DNA of 64,000 bases from an uncultured Chloroflexia bacterium (GCA_963843535.1 CAWJKU010000003.1:192156-256155), one strand, 5' to 3'; positions 1 to 11,181 are shown, counted from the stretch's first letter. Program-made: numbers and translations. Notes: a model not told the origin generated them from the sequence alone.

Positions 1-784
1 ATTTGCGCAGGGTCAAATGAGTTTGTTCACGATCCCAGGGGCACCCGTCCGGAGCGCGCAGCCGGGCGATAATTTCCTGAAAATTCTCAAATGAAGCATC
101 CACCGCTAAAGGCGGCACATACAGGGCGGTCAGCAAGCCAATCTCAGGACTGCGGTCGATCTCAAACAGCTCAATTTCCTCAATTTTCTGCCGGTTCGTC
201 CCCGCCGAATGCACCAATTTCACCGGATGGTGGTCTGGATAAACGGTATTCAACGTCAGCTTGACATTGGAGGCGATCTCGCGCGAATAGATTTGCGCCA
301 CCAGCACAGGCTGCGAGGGTGGGAACTGCGGCGTGAGGGTTGAAGCCAGGGTCAAAGCATCGACCAACCCCAGGTTGGGAAATGGATCCAATTCTAACGC
401 TGAAAATACCGGCTCAAGGAAACTCAGCCCCTCGATGACCCGCACTGGAATCCCTTCAATTTTTGCCCTACGAACAATTTCTGGGCTGGTAGCTTCAGCC
501 ACGAATGGATGCCCGGGAACGGCATAAGTCACCCCATCTTCCCCGCGGCCTGATTCAAGCACCTTCTCCACGATTTCCGCATAAACGCTTTCAAAATCGT
601 CGCCTTGTTCATATAAATCGTCGAATGAATTAACCTTTAGCGTGGTAGGGAGTGCGCTCACCACTGGGTGCTGCCGGGTGCGCAGCCACACTTCGCCGCA
701 CATTGACAGCCAATCCCAGGCTTGGCGGGTTAATTGCTCGGGCGCGCCTGGACCCAGACCGACAATAACAATTCCTTTTGCCAT
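1..784 (-). CDS. MazG/YabN-like protein, C-terminally truncated by the window edge
   Basis: Absent from ORF track (no stop inside window). My translation of the minus strand from ATG 784-782 stays open to base 1: [19 protein letters not shown]...[10 protein letters not shown]...[21 protein letters not shown]. It shows a methylase-like GLGPG N-domain followed by the CPWDxEQTH start of a MazG NTP-pyrophosphohydrolase domain. Confidence 0.7.
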   Translation of the reverse strand, partial: MAKGIVIVGLGPGAPEQLTRQAWDWLSMCGEVWLRTRQHPVVSALPTTLKVNSFDDLYEQGDDFESVYAEIVEKVLESGRGEDGVTYAVPGHPFVAEATSPEIVRRAKIEGIPVRVIEGLSFLEPVFSALELDPFPNLGLVDALTLASTLTPQFPPSQPVLVAQIYSREIASNVKLTLNTVYPDHHPVKLVHSAGTNRQKIEEIELFEIDRSPEIGLLTALYVPPLAVDASFENFQEIIARLRAPDGCPWDREQTHLTLRK

Positions 785-864
785 AAGTATCCTTTCAGTA
801 AAAACCGCATCTAATTTTAACAGAGAAACAAGTTCAAATCCATTGATATGAAAGGTCTTATCGC

Positions 865-1269
865 ATGAATCCGCAGCTCGGTTTTGAAGTCGAACTAAAT
901 CAATCTTTTGATCAGGCCATTGACACTGTGACCGCAGCATTAAAAACACAAGGTTTTGGCGTATTAACCCGGATCGATGTACAGGCGACCCTCAAAGAAA
1001 AGATAAACGCCGATTTCCGCCCTTATGTCATCCTGGGTGCTTGCAACCCCTCATTGGCTCACCAGGCATTGAGCACTGATCCTCGGATTGGTCTGCTCCT
1101 GCCGTGCAATGTCACCGTTGAAGCGGTTGATAACCGCCGCAGCCTGGTTCGTTTGACCGATCCCGGCGCAATGGTCAACCTATCTGAGAAAGCCAACGAA
1201 ATGCAAGAGCTTGCCAGCCTCGGTCATCAGAAAATGGCTGCCGTCGCCGCCGTTTTACAGGCGATCTAA
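865..1269 (+). CDS. DUF302 domain protein
   Basis: 134-aa [21 protein letters not shown]...[12 protein letters not shown]...LLPCNV pattern is typical of DUF302 family proteins. Confidence 0.65.
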   Translation: MNPQLGFEVELNQSFDQAIDTVTAALKTQGFGVLTRIDVQATLKEKINADFRPYVILGACNPSLAHQALSTDPRIGLLLPCNVTVEAVDNRRSLVRLTDPGAMVNLSEKANEMQELASLGHQKMAAVAAVLQAI

Positions 1270-1321
1270 TCAAACACGAGTTTCCCACTCGAAAGAGCCG
1301 GAAACTCGCATTTATTTCAGG

Positions 1322-1343
1322 AGCGGCTATCGCCGCTTTTTTG
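1322..1343 (+). terminator. Rho-independent terminator between convergent genes
   Basis: agcggc(1322-1327)-tatc-gccgct(1332-1337) stem-loop followed by a T6 run, 50 nt after the DUF302 stop and just beyond the rpsI stop. Confidence 0.6.
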
Positions 1344-1349
1344 TTTAGT

Positions 1350-1745
1350 TTAACGCTTGGTATAGGTCGGGGCCTTGCGGGCGCGCTTGAGACCTGGCTT
1401 CTTGCGCTCTTTGATCCGAGGATCGCGGGTCAGCAAACCAGCTTTGCGCAGCAAAGAAACGAAATCTATATTCATTTTTACCAAAGCGCGGGCCAGGCCA
1501 AGCTTCACTGAATCAGTCTGGCCTGTAATTCCACCACCGTTCACCTTGACGGTGACGTCAAAAGTGTTGGCTTCCTGGTTGGTGGTGTTGAAAACCGATA
1601 AAATCTCTTCTTTATCTCCCAGACGAGGGAAAAAATCTTCGATCGGTTTGTCGTTGACGGTAAATTTACCCGTTCCGCTCATCAAGCGAACACGCGCTGT
1701 GGCTTCCTTGCGTCGGCCAATTCCTTCAAAATATTGAACAGACAT
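1350..1745 (-). CDS. rpsI: 30S ribosomal protein S9 (uS9)
   Basis: MSVQYFEGIGRRKEATARV...ends RKAPTYTKR. Follows rplM as in the conserved rplM-rpsI pair. Confidence 0.97.
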   Translation of the reverse strand: MSVQYFEGIGRRKEATARVRLMSGTGKFTVNDKPIEDFFPRLGDKEEILSVFNTTNQEANTFDVTVKVNGGGITGQTDSVKLGLARALVKMNIDFVSLLRKAGLLTRDPRIKERKKPGLKRARKAPTYTKR

Positions 1746-1759
1746 ATTTCCTCTGCTCC

Positions 1760-2185
1760 TTAAGCAACCGGTTTAGGGTTCTGAGCTGCATGCGGATGTT
1801 CGCTGCCGCTGTAGACCTTCAGCTTCTTAATCAGCTGGCGGCCTATTTTATTGTGAGGCAGCATGCCCCACACTGCATGCCGGAGTACGCGGTCCGGGCG
1901 ATTCCGGATCTGGTCGCGTAAACTCACGGTCTTTAAACCACCAGGATAATTCGAATGATGATAATAGAATTTCGTATCCATTCGCTTATTGGTCAGCTTC
2001 AACCGGTTGGAGTTGATGACAACTACAAAATCACCGGTGTCGACGCCTGGGGTATAGATAGGCTTATGTTTTCCTTGCAAATAGGCGGCAACGATCGTCG
2101 CCATGCGGCCTAAACCCTGCCCATCCGCATCAACTAAAATCCATCCCGATTCAACTTTGCCTTTTGGGACGTACGTTTTTTCCAC
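1760..2185 (-). CDS. rplM: 50S ribosomal protein L13 (uL13)
   Basis: 141-aa ORF with WILVDADGQGLGRMAT...YYHHSNYPGGLK...MLPHNKIGR L13 signature. Confidence 0.97.
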   Translation of the reverse strand: MEKTYVPKGKVESGWILVDADGQGLGRMATIVAAYLQGKHKPIYTPGVDTGDFVVVINSNRLKLTNKRMDTKFYYHHSNYPGGLKTVSLRDQIRNRPDRVLRHAVWGMLPHNKIGRQLIKKLKVYSGSEHPHAAQNPKPVA

Positions 2186-2213
2186 TTTCTTACTCCTATC
2201 GACAGATAGTCCC

Positions 2214-2957
2214 TTAATCCTTCACCACGTACAAAACTTCTTTCAGAGCCAACCCATGCGCCGGGGCCAATCCAGGGGGCTGCGGTCGAGCCGCTTGCAC
2301 TGCCTGGGTAAAACTTTCCAGCTCCAGCTGGTTTCTTCCGATCAGCACCTGCAGATACACCATGCGGCGCACCATGTGGTACAGAAAGGCGTTGGCTGAC
2401 ACCTCAAACAGCAGGCCCCCGGAGTGCGGCTCCCAGGCTGCGGAAAAAACCTCACGCACGGTGCGGCCTCCGGGCCGGGGCGGGGTCCCGAAAGCAGCAA
2501 AATCATGCGTGCCTGGTAAAAGCCGTGCCGCTTGCTGGAGGAGGGCCAGATTTACTTCCGGCCAAACCCGCCAGGCATAGCGGTCGCGCAGAGGGTCGCG
2601 ATCAGGTTCGCAGTAGATCAGGTATTGGTAGGTGCGCCCCTTTGCATCGAAACGGGGGTGAAAATCTGGCGCAGCCACACATACTGAACGAACTGCTACA
2701 TCGGCAGGCAAATGAGCGTTGAGCGCCCGGCCCAGTTCTTCAACCGGATGGGGCCACTCAAAGTCAAACGCGGCTACCTGTCCCTGCGCATGCACCCCAC
2801 AATCGGTGCGTCCCGCGAAGACGGTTATCCGGTCCGACCAACCTAACCGGCTCAGAGCCGCTTCTAACTCACCCTGAACCGTCCGGCCTTTTGCCTGCCG
2901 TTGATAGCCCTGAAAGTCAGTGCCGTCGTAGGCGAGGATAATCTGGTAACGTGCCAT
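2214..2957 (-). CDS. truA: tRNA pseudouridine(38-40) synthase
   Basis: MARYQIILAYDGTDFQGYQRQ...GRTDCGVHAQGQV catalytic Asp motif. Position after rplQ and before rplM is a common synteny. Confidence 0.93.
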   Translation of the reverse strand: MARYQIILAYDGTDFQGYQRQAKGRTVQGELEAALSRLGWSDRITVFAGRTDCGVHAQGQVAAFDFEWPHPVEELGRALNAHLPADVAVRSVCVAAPDFHPRFDAKGRTYQYLIYCEPDRDPLRDRYAWRVWPEVNLALLQQAARLLPGTHDFAAFGTPPRPGGRTVREVFSAAWEPHSGGLLFEVSANAFLYHMVRRMVYLQVLIGRNQLELESFTQAVQAARPQPPGLAPAHGLALKEVLYVVKD

Positions 2958-2985
2958 TCCACTCCGGAATTAACCGGAAAGGAGA

Positions 2986-3363
2986 TTACTCTTCAACAAG
3001 CTCCAGCAGGACCATTTCGGCCGCATCACCCAACCGCGGGCCCAGCTTGAACATTCGCGTGTAGCCGCCGGGGCGGCTGGCAAAACGCGGCGCAATATCA
3101 TCAAACAACTTCTTTACCACTTCAGCGTCATCGAGACGAGCCGCGGCGGTGCGGCGAGCGTTCACTTTTTCGATATCACTGCCTTTGGCGCTGTTGCGCG
3201 CCAGGGTAATCAGTCGTTCAGCATCCCCACGGATCGCCAAAGCTTTCGTGCGGGTGGTTTGAATTCGTTCGTGAGTAAATAATTGCCGGATCAAAGTTCT
3301 CCGCAATCCCACACGTTGGTCAGTTGTTCTCCCAAGTCGATATCCAGCTACCTGATGTCGCAT
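2986..3363 (-). CDS. rplQ: 50S ribosomal protein L17 (bL17)
   Basis: MRHQVAGYRLGRTTDQR...RIQTT..KA...RPGGYTR L17 signature, downstream of rpoA. Confidence 0.97.
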   Translation of the reverse strand: MRHQVAGYRLGRTTDQRVGLRRTLIRQLFTHERIQTTRTKALAIRGDAERLITLARNSAKGSDIEKVNARRTAAARLDDAEVVKKLFDDIAPRFASRPGGYTRMFKLGPRLGDAAEMVLLELVEE

Positions 3364-3369
3364 CTCTCA

Positions 3370-4335
3370 TTACTCCGTAAGTTTCTCGTCGTGCATGTAG
3401 CCTTTTTCGCGCATTTTTTCGCGCAGCTCATCCAGCGACTTTTCACCGAAATTGCGGATCGACATCACTGCCTCATCACCCTTTTCAAGCAGGTCCAGCA
3501 CATCACCAACAGTGGTGATGCCAGTACGCTTGAGGGAGTTGAAGACCCGCACCGAGAGGTCGAGATTTTCGATCGGGGTCTCAGCCGCTTCACTGGTTAA
3601 CCGGCTGCCCGATACTTCCTTCTCGATGCCAACCACCAGTGTTTCTTCACTGATGCCTGCCACATAGCGCAGATGTTCGATTAAGATCTTCGATGCATCG
3701 CCCAGGGCCTTCTCGGGTGAGACTGTACCATCGGTCCAAATTTCAAGGATCAGCTTATCATAATTGGTCGACTGCCCCACGCGCGCTGAGGATACCGTCC
3801 AGTTGACCCGTCGAATCGGGCTGAAGATGGCATCCACCGGCAGCTCGCCAATGGGCAGGTGACCACTGCGGTCGTTGGCAGGTGAATACCCGCGCCCGCG
3901 CTCAACCGTCAGGTCAAACTCAAGCCGGATTTTACTGTCATCGACTGTGAACAGGTAAAGGTCAGGATTCATGATCTCAACCTCAGCCGGAGCCTGGATA
4001 TCTGCCGCGGTAACCTCGCCCTCACCCCGCACCTCCAGGTGCAGGTGAGCCGTATCGATATCGTGCAGGATCAAGCGCAGCTGCTTTACCTGGAGCGTAA
4101 CCTGGATAACATCCTCGCGCACACCCGGTATTTCACTGAATTCGTGCAGCACATCGGAAATTCGGACCGATGTGACCGCGGCGCCATCCAATGAAGAGTA
4201 GAGTACGCGGCGCAGGGCATTCCCAAGTGTTACGCCGTAGCCCCGTTCAAGCGGGCCGATTACAAATTTGCCATAATTGCGAGCTTCTGCTTCACGCTCG
4301 ACTTTTGGCGTTACCATATTGCTTAGAGTCGTCAA
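3370..4335 (-). CDS. rpoA: DNA-directed RNA polymerase subunit alpha
   Basis: 321 aa: FVIGPLERGYGVTLGNALRRVLYSS N-domain and C-terminal LDLSVRVFNSLKRTGITTVGDL alpha-CTD helix-hairpin-helix. Confidence 0.97.
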   Translation of the reverse strand: MTTLSNMVTPKVEREAEARNYGKFVIGPLERGYGVTLGNALRRVLYSSLDGAAVTSVRISDVLHEFSEIPGVREDVIQVTLQVKQLRLILHDIDTAHLHLEVRGEGEVTAADIQAPAEVEIMNPDLYLFTVDDSKIRLEFDLTVERGRGYSPANDRSGHLPIGELPVDAIFSPIRRVNWTVSSARVGQSTNYDKLILEIWTDGTVSPEKALGDASKILIEHLRYVAGISEETLVVGIEKEVSGSRLTSEAAETPIENLDLSVRVFNSLKRTGITTVGDVLDLLEKGDEAVMSIRNFGEKSLDELREKMREKGYMHDEKLTE

Positions 4336-4389
4336 GTTTCACCCCTTTCCGATGCACCCTTTGATACCGCGCACCGGACTGGTCAGCGA

Positions 4390-5034
4390 TTAACGCGAGT
4401 AGTACTCGACGATAAGCTGTTCATTGACATTGGCATCGATTTCCGAACGTTCCGGCAAGCGAAGCACACGACCAGACAAATCACTAAGGTCCCGATCCAG
4501 CCAGACGGCGCAGGTGCGTTGTTCTGATAGATCCGGCATCTCTTTGAAGTACGGATCGCTGCGGCTGCCTTCACGAACCCTGATGATATCTCCAGGATGC
4601 AGGACGGCCGAGGGAATATCCATCCGGGTCCCATTCACCAGGAAATGACCGTGGTTAACGATCTGGCGCGCCTGAGACCGGCTGTCAGCCAGGCCCATGC
4701 GGTAAACCACATTATCCAGACGGCATTCAAGGGTCTGCAGCAAGTTCAAACCGGTGATACCTTGTGTGCGCTGTGCACTGCCAAAGTAGCGGCGGAACTG
4801 GCGTTCGAGCACACCGTATACCCGGCGCGCGCGCTGCTTGGCTCGCAGCTGGCGAGCGTAATCTGATTCACGGTCGCTGCGGTTCCGGGTAGAGCCGGTC
4901 TTTCCATGTTGGCCGGGGGCAAACCCGCGGCGTTCAAAAGCGCACTTCGGCCCGTAGCAGCGTGCACCCTTCAAGAATAATTTGTCACCTTCTCGCCGGC
5001 ATAATCTACATACCGGTCCAATATACTTAGCCAT
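4390..5034 (-). CDS. rpsD: 30S ribosomal protein S4 (uS4), Zn-ribbon form
   Basis: ORF 4390-5109 trimmed to the internal ATG (5034-5032) giving [36 protein letters not shown], the canonical S4 N-terminus with four Cys. Confidence 0.95.
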   Translation of the reverse strand: MAKYIGPVCRLCRREGDKLFLKGARCYGPKCAFERRGFAPGQHGKTGSTRNRSDRESDYARQLRAKQRARRVYGVLERQFRRYFGSAQRTQGITGLNLLQTLECRLDNVVYRMGLADSRSQARQIVNHGHFLVNGTRMDIPSAVLHPGDIIRVREGSRSDPYFKEMPDLSEQRTCAVWLDRDLSDLSGRVLRLPERSEIDANVNEQLIVEYYSR

Positions 5035-5047
5035 TGAATCTCTCCTT

Positions 5048-5455
5048 TTACACGCGGCGCTTTTTCGGAGGCCGGCAACCATTATGTGCCACCGGGGTGA
5101 CATCGGCAATGGAACGAACCTTCACACCCATCGACTGCACGGCGCGGATAGCCGATTCACGCCCGGGACCCGGTCCCTTCACGATCAGATCCACTTCCTG
5201 GATCCCCATGGCCTGGGCGGCTTTCATAGCCTGCTCCGCTGCCAGGCGGGCAGCAAAGGGCGTGCTCTTGCGGGAGCCTTTGAAACCGGCTGAGCCCGCG
5301 CTGCCCCAACAAACCGCGTTGCCCTGGGTGTCAGTCACAGTCACAATCGTGTTATTAAAAGACGCATATACATGCACCTGCCCGGCGGATAAAGTTCGTT
5401 TGACTTTTCGCACAGACTGGGTACCGCGTCGCGTTTGGCGTACGTTTTGAGCCAT
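5048..5455 (-). CDS. rpsK: 30S ribosomal protein S11 (uS11)
   Basis: ...[43 protein letters not shown]11 signature. Confidence 0.97.
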   Translation of the reverse strand: MAQNVRQTRRGTQSVRKVKRTLSAGQVHVYASFNNTIVTVTDTQGNAVCWGSAGSAGFKGSRKSTPFAARLAAEQAMKAAQAMGIQEVDLIVKGPGPGRESAIRAVQSMGVKVRSIADVTPVAHNGCRPPKKRRV

Positions 5456-5583
5456 AGTACCTTCCTATCAACCTCTCATAGTAACTGGTCGGGCGCTAAA
5501 CAACCCGGTGCCACCCTTTTCCAGTCATGCAGCCGCGGGGAGGAGAGGTCCCCAACATCACTGGATCCAGGTAGAACCACGGG

Positions 5584-5973
5584 CTATTTCTTTGCAGCCC
5601 CGCGGCGGCGACCGCGACCGGCAACTGTCTTTTTGATGCCCTTGCGTGTGCGAGAATTTGTGCGGGTTCTCTGACCACGGACGGGCAGGTTGCGGCGGTG
5701 CCGCAGACCACGATAGCAGCCGATTTCAATCAACCGCTTGATATTCATCTGAACTTCCCGGCGCAAATCACCTTCTACTTTGTAATTTTTCGAAATAAAA
5801 TCACGCAGCAGGTTAGCTTCCGATTCCGTCAAATCTTTCACCCGAATATCGGGGCTAATGTGAGTGGCGCCAAGAATCGCCTGAGATCGGCTGGGGCCAA
5901 TCCCAAACAGGTAGGTCAGACCTACCTCGATCCGCTTATTACGCGGAAGATCAACACCTTCAATTCTTGCCAT
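5584..5973 (-). CDS. rpsM: 30S ribosomal protein S13 (uS13)
   Basis: [26 protein letters not shown]...[23 protein letters not shown]. Confidence 0.97.
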   Translation of the reverse strand: MARIEGVDLPRNKRIEVGLTYLFGIGPSRSQAILGATHISPDIRVKDLTESEANLLRDFISKNYKVEGDLRREVQMNIKRLIEIGCYRGLRHRRNLPVRGQRTRTNSRTRKGIKKTVAGRGRRRGAAKK

Positions 5974-5979
5974 ATTCTT

Positions 5980-6093
5980 TTATCCCTGTCGCTGTTTATG
6001 CTTTGGGTTATCGCAAATCACGTATAACCGGCCAGAGCGCTTAACGATCTTGCACTTGGCACAGCGCTTGCGAATGGATGGTGACACTTTCAT
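5980..6093 (-). CDS. rpmJ: 50S ribosomal protein L36 (bL36), Zn-binding type
   Basis: Too short for the ORF track. Hand-translated codon by codon from ATG 6093-6091 to TAA 5982-5980: [37 protein letters not shown] (37 aa, CxxC...CxxxxH). Confidence 0.93.
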   Translation of the reverse strand: MKVSPSIRKRCAKCKIVKRSGRLYVICDNPKHKQRQG

Positions 6094-6143
6094 GATTTGC
6101 TCCTTTACGATTGCGGTTGAGAACGCCAAAACCGCAATTATAC

Positions 6144-6971
6144 CTATTTATTCTTTAATTGTCCAGGTCCGCCGATTTGAGCCGGGGCTGAACCGTCCGC
6201 CAGGAGGGTGAAAATCTCAGGGCCGTTTTCCGTGATGGCGACCGTATGTTCAAAATGGCAGGTATAACTGTTATCTGCAGCGCAAACCGTCCATTCGTCG
6301 GACATCACTTTGGTCATCGGTGTTCCAACCAGGACCATGGGTTCAAGCGCAATGGTCATACCCGTCCGCAGCAGCATGCCGCGTCCTGGGATACCATAGT
6401 TCGGAACCTGAGGACCTTCATGCATGGCTCGTCCCACACCGTGCCCGGTGTATTCGCGCGTGACATACAGGTTGCGGCTCTCAACGACCTGTTGAACGGC
6501 GGCAGAGATATCTCCTATATGGTTTCCGGCAACCATCTTGCTGATCCCGGCATACAGCGCCTTTTCTGTGGTTTCCAGCAATTTTTTGGTAGTGGGTGAG
6601 ATTTCGCCCACGCCAACCGTAAATGCCGAATCTGCCACATAGCCTTCATACACTGTACCGCAATCCATGGTAACGATATCCCCTTCCTTGAGCTTCCGTT
6701 TTTTGTCCGGAATGCCGTGCACCAGCTCTTCGTTTACGCTTACACAGGTGCTGGCAGGATATGGATAAGGCCCCGGATAGTTCTTGAACGGTGAGTAAAC
6801 TCCGTATTTTTTCAGAACCTCCTCGGCTGCTGCGTTAAGATCTGCCGTCGAGACACCCGGTCTGACAATAGCACACGCCGCGGCCAACGCTTCAGCATTG
6901 ATCTGGCCGGCTTTACGCATGATATTGAGCTCTTCAGGGCTCTTGATGGTGATCTGTCGATCCCATGCCAT
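6144..6971 (-). CDS. map: Type I methionine aminopeptidase
   Basis: 275 aa. Metal ligand context [40 protein letters not shown]. Canonical position after adk. Confidence 0.93.
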   Translation of the reverse strand: MAWDRQITIKSPEELNIMRKAGQINAEALAAACAIVRPGVSTADLNAAAEEVLKKYGVYSPFKNYPGPYPYPASTCVSVNEELVHGIPDKKRKLKEGDIVTMDCGTVYEGYVADSAFTVGVGEISPTTKKLLETTEKALYAGISKMVAGNHIGDISAAVQQVVESRNLYVTREYTGHGVGRAMHEGPQVPNYGIPGRGMLLRTGMTIALEPMVLVGTPMTKVMSDEWTVCAADNSYTCHFEHTVAITENGPEIFTLLADGSAPAQIGGPGQLKNK

Positions 6972-6976
6972 AATGA

Positions 6977-7651
6977 TTACTTTTCCTTCACAATTGCCGC
7001 CATCAGGTCAGCCGTCACATCATCGATCGGCTGCATGCCGTCGATTTCAGCCAGCAAACCCTTGTTGCGGTAATATTCAATTAATGGCGATGTCTGCGCC
7101 ATATAAACCCGGATCCGATTTTCTACCGTGGCTGGCTTGTCATCATCCCGCTGGTAGAGTTCCGATCCATCCACGTCGCACTTTCCAGCCATTTTGGGTG
7201 GATTATGCTTCTCGTGGTAAACATGCCCTTCCAACCGGCAGGTCCACCGGCCGCTCAACCGTTCGATCAACACCTTTGCCGGCACCGAGATATATGGAAC
7301 GCTGTTTACCGCGCTGCCTAAGGTCGCAAGCATTTCAGAGAGCGCATCTGCCTGGGCCGGCGTGCGCGGGAAACCATCCAACAAGGCGCCTTTAGCGCAG
7401 TCAGCCCGGCTCAGCCGCTCGCGAATCATCGCGATGGTCACATCATCCGGAACCAGCTCGCCGCGGTTCATATAGACCTGCGCCATTTTACCCAGCTCTG
7501 TCTGCTGTTTCAGGTTTTCCCTGAAGATATCTCCAGATGAAACGTGGACCAATCCCAATTTTTCCGATACGATCTCGGCCTGGGTGCCTTTTCCCGCTCC
7601 GGGAGGTCCTAACAAGACAATGTACGTAGGCATGCGTTTTGCTCCGCTCAT
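6977..7651 (-). CDS. adk: Adenylate kinase
   Basis: LLGPPGAGKGTQA P-loop, LLDGFPRT, lid segment. ATG at 7651 overlaps the secY stop as ATGA. The alternative ATG at 7633 (MPTYIV...) is also possible. Confidence 0.93.
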   Translation of the reverse strand: MSGAKRMPTYIVLLGPPGAGKGTQAEIVSEKLGLVHVSSGDIFRENLKQQTELGKMAQVYMNRGELVPDDVTIAMIRERLSRADCAKGALLDGFPRTPAQADALSEMLATLGSAVNSVPYISVPAKVLIERLSGRWTCRLEGHVYHEKHNPPKMAGKCDVDGSELYQRDDDKPATVENRIRVYMAQTSPLIEYYRNKGLLAEIDGMQPIDDVTADLMAAIVKEK

Positions 7652-8991
7652 CCCTTGATCAGGCTTTCTTCATAACCATGCAGCTTGAGTTCTGTTTCGA
7701 TGATGGTGAAGGTATCCCGCACCACACCCACTACAATCAACAGGCCAGCCGATGAAATCAGAAGCAAACCGCCGCTTTGCATCGAAGTAGGCAATACTAA
7801 ACCCAATATATAAGGCAGAACCGCTACGAGACCCAGGAAAACAGCTCCAGGCAGTGTGATTCGTCGTTGAACTTTACTCAAATATTTCTGGGTCGGAGCC
7901 CCGCGGATGACACCCGGGATCTGCGCGCCTTGTTTCTTCAGATTATCGCCATAATTCTGTTGTTGGAACAACACATCGGTATAGAAAAACGTGAAGAGCA
8001 CAACCGCGAGGAAATACATGATCGCGTAGCCGGCATTTTGACCGCCGAAAGTTTGAGAAATACCTGTGGCCAGGCTGCGCACCCAATCAGTCGACGAATT
8101 AATGAAATAGGACGCAACAATTGCTGGGAACGTCAGGATAGATTGGGCGAAGATCAAAGGGATCATGCCCGCCATATTAACCATCAGGGGCAGATTGCTG
8201 CGCACCGGCATGCTCATCCGGTTGCCGACCCGCCGCCCCGGGAATAAAACCGGTACATTTCTGCGGCCTTGCTGTACAAAAACGATCGCAAAGATGGTCA
8301 AGACCAGGATGCTCAAAATTACCAGCAGCATCCACCACCAGTTATATTGATCCGCCAGAATTGAGCCTAAATGACTTGGCATTCGGGCCACAATTCCCGC
8401 AAAGATGATCAACGAAAGACCCTGTTTGGGGATACCGTATTCCGAGATTAACTGGCCCAGCCAGATGCCGAACATCGTGCCGCCGACCATGGTGGCCAGA
8501 GGTGTGACCGTTCGCAAGATCTCTGTGCCGCCAAAACCAGCCAGCACGGTTGAAACCGGCTGCTGAACCAGGGATGCGAAGATATTTACCTGCCCGATCG
8601 CCGATAGAAGCGCCATCGGAACCGTGAGGATCACCGTCCATCTTTCCTGCCACTTCTGATATTCGGTCGGGTTCTCTTTCATCCTGCGTTCCAGGGCTGG
8701 AATGATCGGGCCTAACAGCTGCAGGATAATCTGGGCCGTGATGTAAGGATAAACACCCATCGCGAGGATTGAGAAGCTGGATATTGTACCGCCCGAAAGC
8801 AGGTCCAACAGGTTTACCAGGTTTCCTGCCGCGCCTTGCACATTGGCCAACTGGCTTAACACTGCCTGGTTAATCCCTGGAACAGGGATATTGGCTGCCA
8901 GACGGTATAACACCAACAACAAGAACGTGATCAGTAGCTTGTTGCGGATGTCTTCCGTCTTCCACAGATAGCGCCAGGGTGACCGCTTCAT
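7648..8991 (-). CDS. secY: Preprotein translocase subunit SecY
   Basis: Multi-TM protein with the conserved SILAMGVYPYITAQII segment. Start trimmed from GTG 9024 to ATG 8991, which has AAGGAG 6 nt upstream and does not overlap rplO. Confidence 0.93.
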   Translation of the reverse strand: MKRSPWRYLWKTEDIRNKLLITFLLLVLYRLAANIPVPGINQAVLSQLANVQGAAGNLVNLLDLLSGGTISSFSILAMGVYPYITAQIILQLLGPIIPALERRMKENPTEYQKWQERWTVILTVPMALLSAIGQVNIFASLVQQPVSTVLAGFGGTEILRTVTPLATMVGGTMFGIWLGQLISEYGIPKQGLSLIIFAGIVARMPSHLGSILADQYNWWWMLLVILSILVLTIFAIVFVQQGRRNVPVLFPGRRVGNRMSMPVRSNLPLMVNMAGMIPLIFAQSILTFPAIVASYFINSSTDWVRSLATGISQTFGGQNAGYAIMYFLAVVLFTFFYTDVLFQQQNYGDNLKKQGAQIPGVIRGAPTQKYLSKVQRRITLPGAVFLGLVAVLPYILGLVLPTSMQSGGLLLISSAGLLIVVGVVRDTFTIIETELKLHGYEESLIKG

Positions 8992-9001
8992 GGATTTCTC
9001 C

Positions 9002-9451
9002 TTAGATAATTTCGACGCTGCCACCAGCAGCTTCGATCTTTGTGCGGGCGCTCTTGCTGATGCGCTGAACGCTGATCTTTAGCGGCACGGTAACCTCGCC
9101 CCGGCCCAGGATCACGACCGGATTATTCGGCTTGGACAACACGTTGGCCTTCGCTAAAACTTCCGGGGTGATCTCTGCTCCGCTCGTAAAATTCACGAGT
9201 TGATCGAGATTAACCTCATTGTATTCGACCCGATTTGGCGGGGTGAAACCCTCACCCCGGATAAAGGGCAGGCGCCGGAAAAACGGCAAGTTGCCGCCCT
9301 GGCGGTACAGGTGACCGCCCGAACCAGTGCGTGAAGCCTGGCCTTTTGTGCCTCGGCCGCCGGTTTTACCTTGTCCAGCTGAGGGACCATGCCCCTTACG
9401 CTTACGGGTTTTGGTCGAGCCGGGATTTGGAAACAAATCGTTTACTTTCAT
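9002..9451 (-). CDS. rplO: 50S ribosomal protein L15 (uL15)
   Basis: MKVNDLFPNPGSTKTRKRKGHG..GQGKTGGRGTKGQ L15 N-terminus. Confidence 0.96.
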   Translation of the reverse strand: MKVNDLFPNPGSTKTRKRKGHGPSAGQGKTGGRGTKGQASRTGSGGHLYRQGGNLPFFRRLPFIRGEGFTPPNRVEYNEVNLDQLVNFTSGAEITPEVLAKANVLSKPNNPVVILGRGEVTVPLKISVQRISKSARTKIEAAGGSVEII

Positions 9452-9463
9452 TTACCTGCTCTC

Positions 9464-9664
9464 CTATTCGGATTCTTCAACCCGAACCAGTTTTTTCACC
9501 AGGTACAGCATCCCGCGCAGGGTTGGGGTATCTTCATGCTCCACGGTTTGGTGAAGCCGGTGAAACCCCAAGGCCCGCACAGTGGCTTTATGGCGAAGGG
9601 TTTCGCCGATCGCGCTTCTCATCAAGGTGATGCGTACTTTCTTAACGGGTTGGTTTTCAGCCAT
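9464..9664 (-). CDS. rpmD: 50S ribosomal protein L30 (uL30)
   Basis: 66 aa, ...[31 protein letters not shown]. Lies between rpsE and rplO. Confidence 0.93.
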   Translation of the reverse strand: MAENQPVKKVRITLMRSAIGETLRHKATVRALGFHRLHQTVEHEDTPTLRGMLYLVKKLVRVEESE

Positions 9665-10190
9665 TCTTCCTCCGCTCCCAGAAAGGCATCAAGTCATGAG
9701 CAGACTTGCCGCGATGGGCGGCTTCCACTTCGGGGGACTTGAGCTGGTCCAGGGCTTCAAAGGTAGCCTTGACCACATTCAGGGTATTCGCGCTGCCCAA
9801 TGATTTGGTTAAGATATCGCGTACCCCAGCAGATTCGAGCACTGCGCGCACACCACCGGCGGCGATGACGCCCGTGCCGGGGGATGCTGGTTTAAGCAGA
9901 ACCACAGCGCCAGAAACACGGCCGATCACCTCGTGGGGAATGGTGGTGCCCATGGTGAACACCTGGCGCATATTTTTATGAGCGCGTTCTGTAGCCTTGC
10001 GCATCGCATCTGGCACGGCATTGGCTTTGCCTATACCCATGCCCACATTGCCGCGATTATCGCCAGCCACTACCGTTACCCGGAATTGGAAACGGCGGCC
10101 GCCCTTCACAACCTTGGCTACTCTGGCAATTTCGATCACACGTTCGTCGTATGCTGTTTCTACAGCTGCTTGATAATTCATCATTTCCAT
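9657..10190 (-). CDS. rpsE: 30S ribosomal protein S5 (uS5)
   Basis: [35 protein letters not shown]5 signature. Confidence 0.97.
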   Translation of the reverse strand: MEMMNYQAAVETAYDERVIEIARVAKVVKGGRRFQFRVTVVAGDNRGNVGMGIGKANAVPDAMRKATERAHKNMRQVFTMGTTIPHEVIGRVSGAVVLLKPASPGTGVIAAGGVRAVLESAGVRDILTKSLGSANTLNVVKATFEALDQLKSPEVEAAHRGKSAHDLMPFWERRKNG

Positions 10191-10229
10191 TGTTTCAGGC
10201 CCTCATTCCTGCATAGTTTGGCGGGGTCG

Positions 10230-10595
10230 CTAGAATTCCAGGCCAGCTTTGCGGGCGCCATCGGCCAGCGCTTTGACCCGGCCGATATAACGAAAACCGC
10301 CGCGGTCAAAAACGACTTGCTTGATGCCTTTATCTATTGCCCGCTTACCGACTAATTCACCGACTAGCCGCGCCTGCTCCGTCTTTTTCAGGCCCTTCAC
10401 TTTTTCACGGAGTTCATGATCGACAGTTGAGGCTGAAACGAGAGTCAGACCGGCCTCATCATCGATCACCTGGGCGTAAATTTCCGCCAGGCTGCGAAAT
10501 ACGCTGATTCGTGGGCGATCCAGCGTGCCAGTGACATTCTTGCGCACACGAACATGCCGCTTAAGGCGAGATTCAGTACGAGTTTTATTCGTCAT
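10230..10595 (-). CDS. rplR: 50S ribosomal protein L18 (uL18)
   Basis: ...[20 protein letters not shown]...[28 protein letters not shown]. Confidence 0.96.
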   Translation of the reverse strand: MTNKTRTESRLKRHVRVRKNVTGTLDRPRISVFRSLAEIYAQVIDDEAGLTLVSASTVDHELREKVKGLKKTEQARLVGELVGKRAIDKGIKQVVFDRGGFRYIGRVKALADGARKAGLEF

Positions 10596-10603
10596 ACCAC
10601 TAC

Positions 10604-11158
10604 CTACCCCTTACCCTTGCCCTTACCGGCTTTACCAGCCTTGCGGCGAACTCTTTCTTCGTGGAAACGAATACCCTTGCCCTTGTAGGGTTCTGGGGGA
10701 CGAATCTGACGAAGATCTGCAGCCACCTGGCCGACTTGTTCCTTATCAAAGCCATTGACTTTGATCTGGCGAGCGCGGGTATCAACATCAAACGAGATAC
10801 CAGCCGGCGGCTCTACGGTGACAGGATGAGAATATCCCACGTACAGCACCAGATTGGCGCCGTTCATCTCTGGGCGGTATCCTACACCTTCAACATCAAG
10901 CAAACGGGTGAAGCCGGTGCTAACACCAGTCACCATGTTGTTGATCAAAGCTCGGGTCGTTCCATGCAGGGCGCGCACGCTGGGGGCCTCTGAACTGCGG
11001 GTGACTATCACCTGTCCATTTTCCAGGGCAATACCAACCACTGGAGTGAACTCTTTCTTCAATTCACCCTTCGGACCTTTTACGTGGACTTCCAGACCAT
11101 TTAATTTGACCTGGACGCCCGCCGGAACGGAAATCGGTAATCGACCAATCCGAGACAC
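10604..11158 (-). CDS. rplF: 50S ribosomal protein L6 (uL6) with Lys/Gly-rich C-terminal tail
   Basis: ORF 10604-11296 trimmed to GTG 11158-11156, preceded by GGAGG, giving (M)[16 protein letters not shown]..., the canonical L6 start. The tail reads [14 protein letters not shown]. Confidence 0.93.
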   Translation of the reverse strand: MSRIGRLPISVPAGVQVKLNGLEVHVKGPKGELKKEFTPVVGIALENGQVIVTRSSEAPSVRALHGTTRALINNMVTGVSTGFTRLLDVEGVGYRPEMNGANLVLYVGYSHPVTVEPPAGISFDVDTRARQIKVNGFDKEQVGQVAADLRQIRPPEPYKGKGIRFHEERVRRKAGKAGKGKGKG

Positions 11159-11181
11159 GTTCCTACCTCCTTTTCCCGGGT

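Noticed and set aside
5456-5583. 128-nt rpsM-rpsK spacer examined for a regulatory structure or small gene
   Set aside because: Only weak, imperfect hairpins are present (for example ggggacctctcctcccc). The only ORF is the tail of a shadow frame. This is not enough to call a feature.
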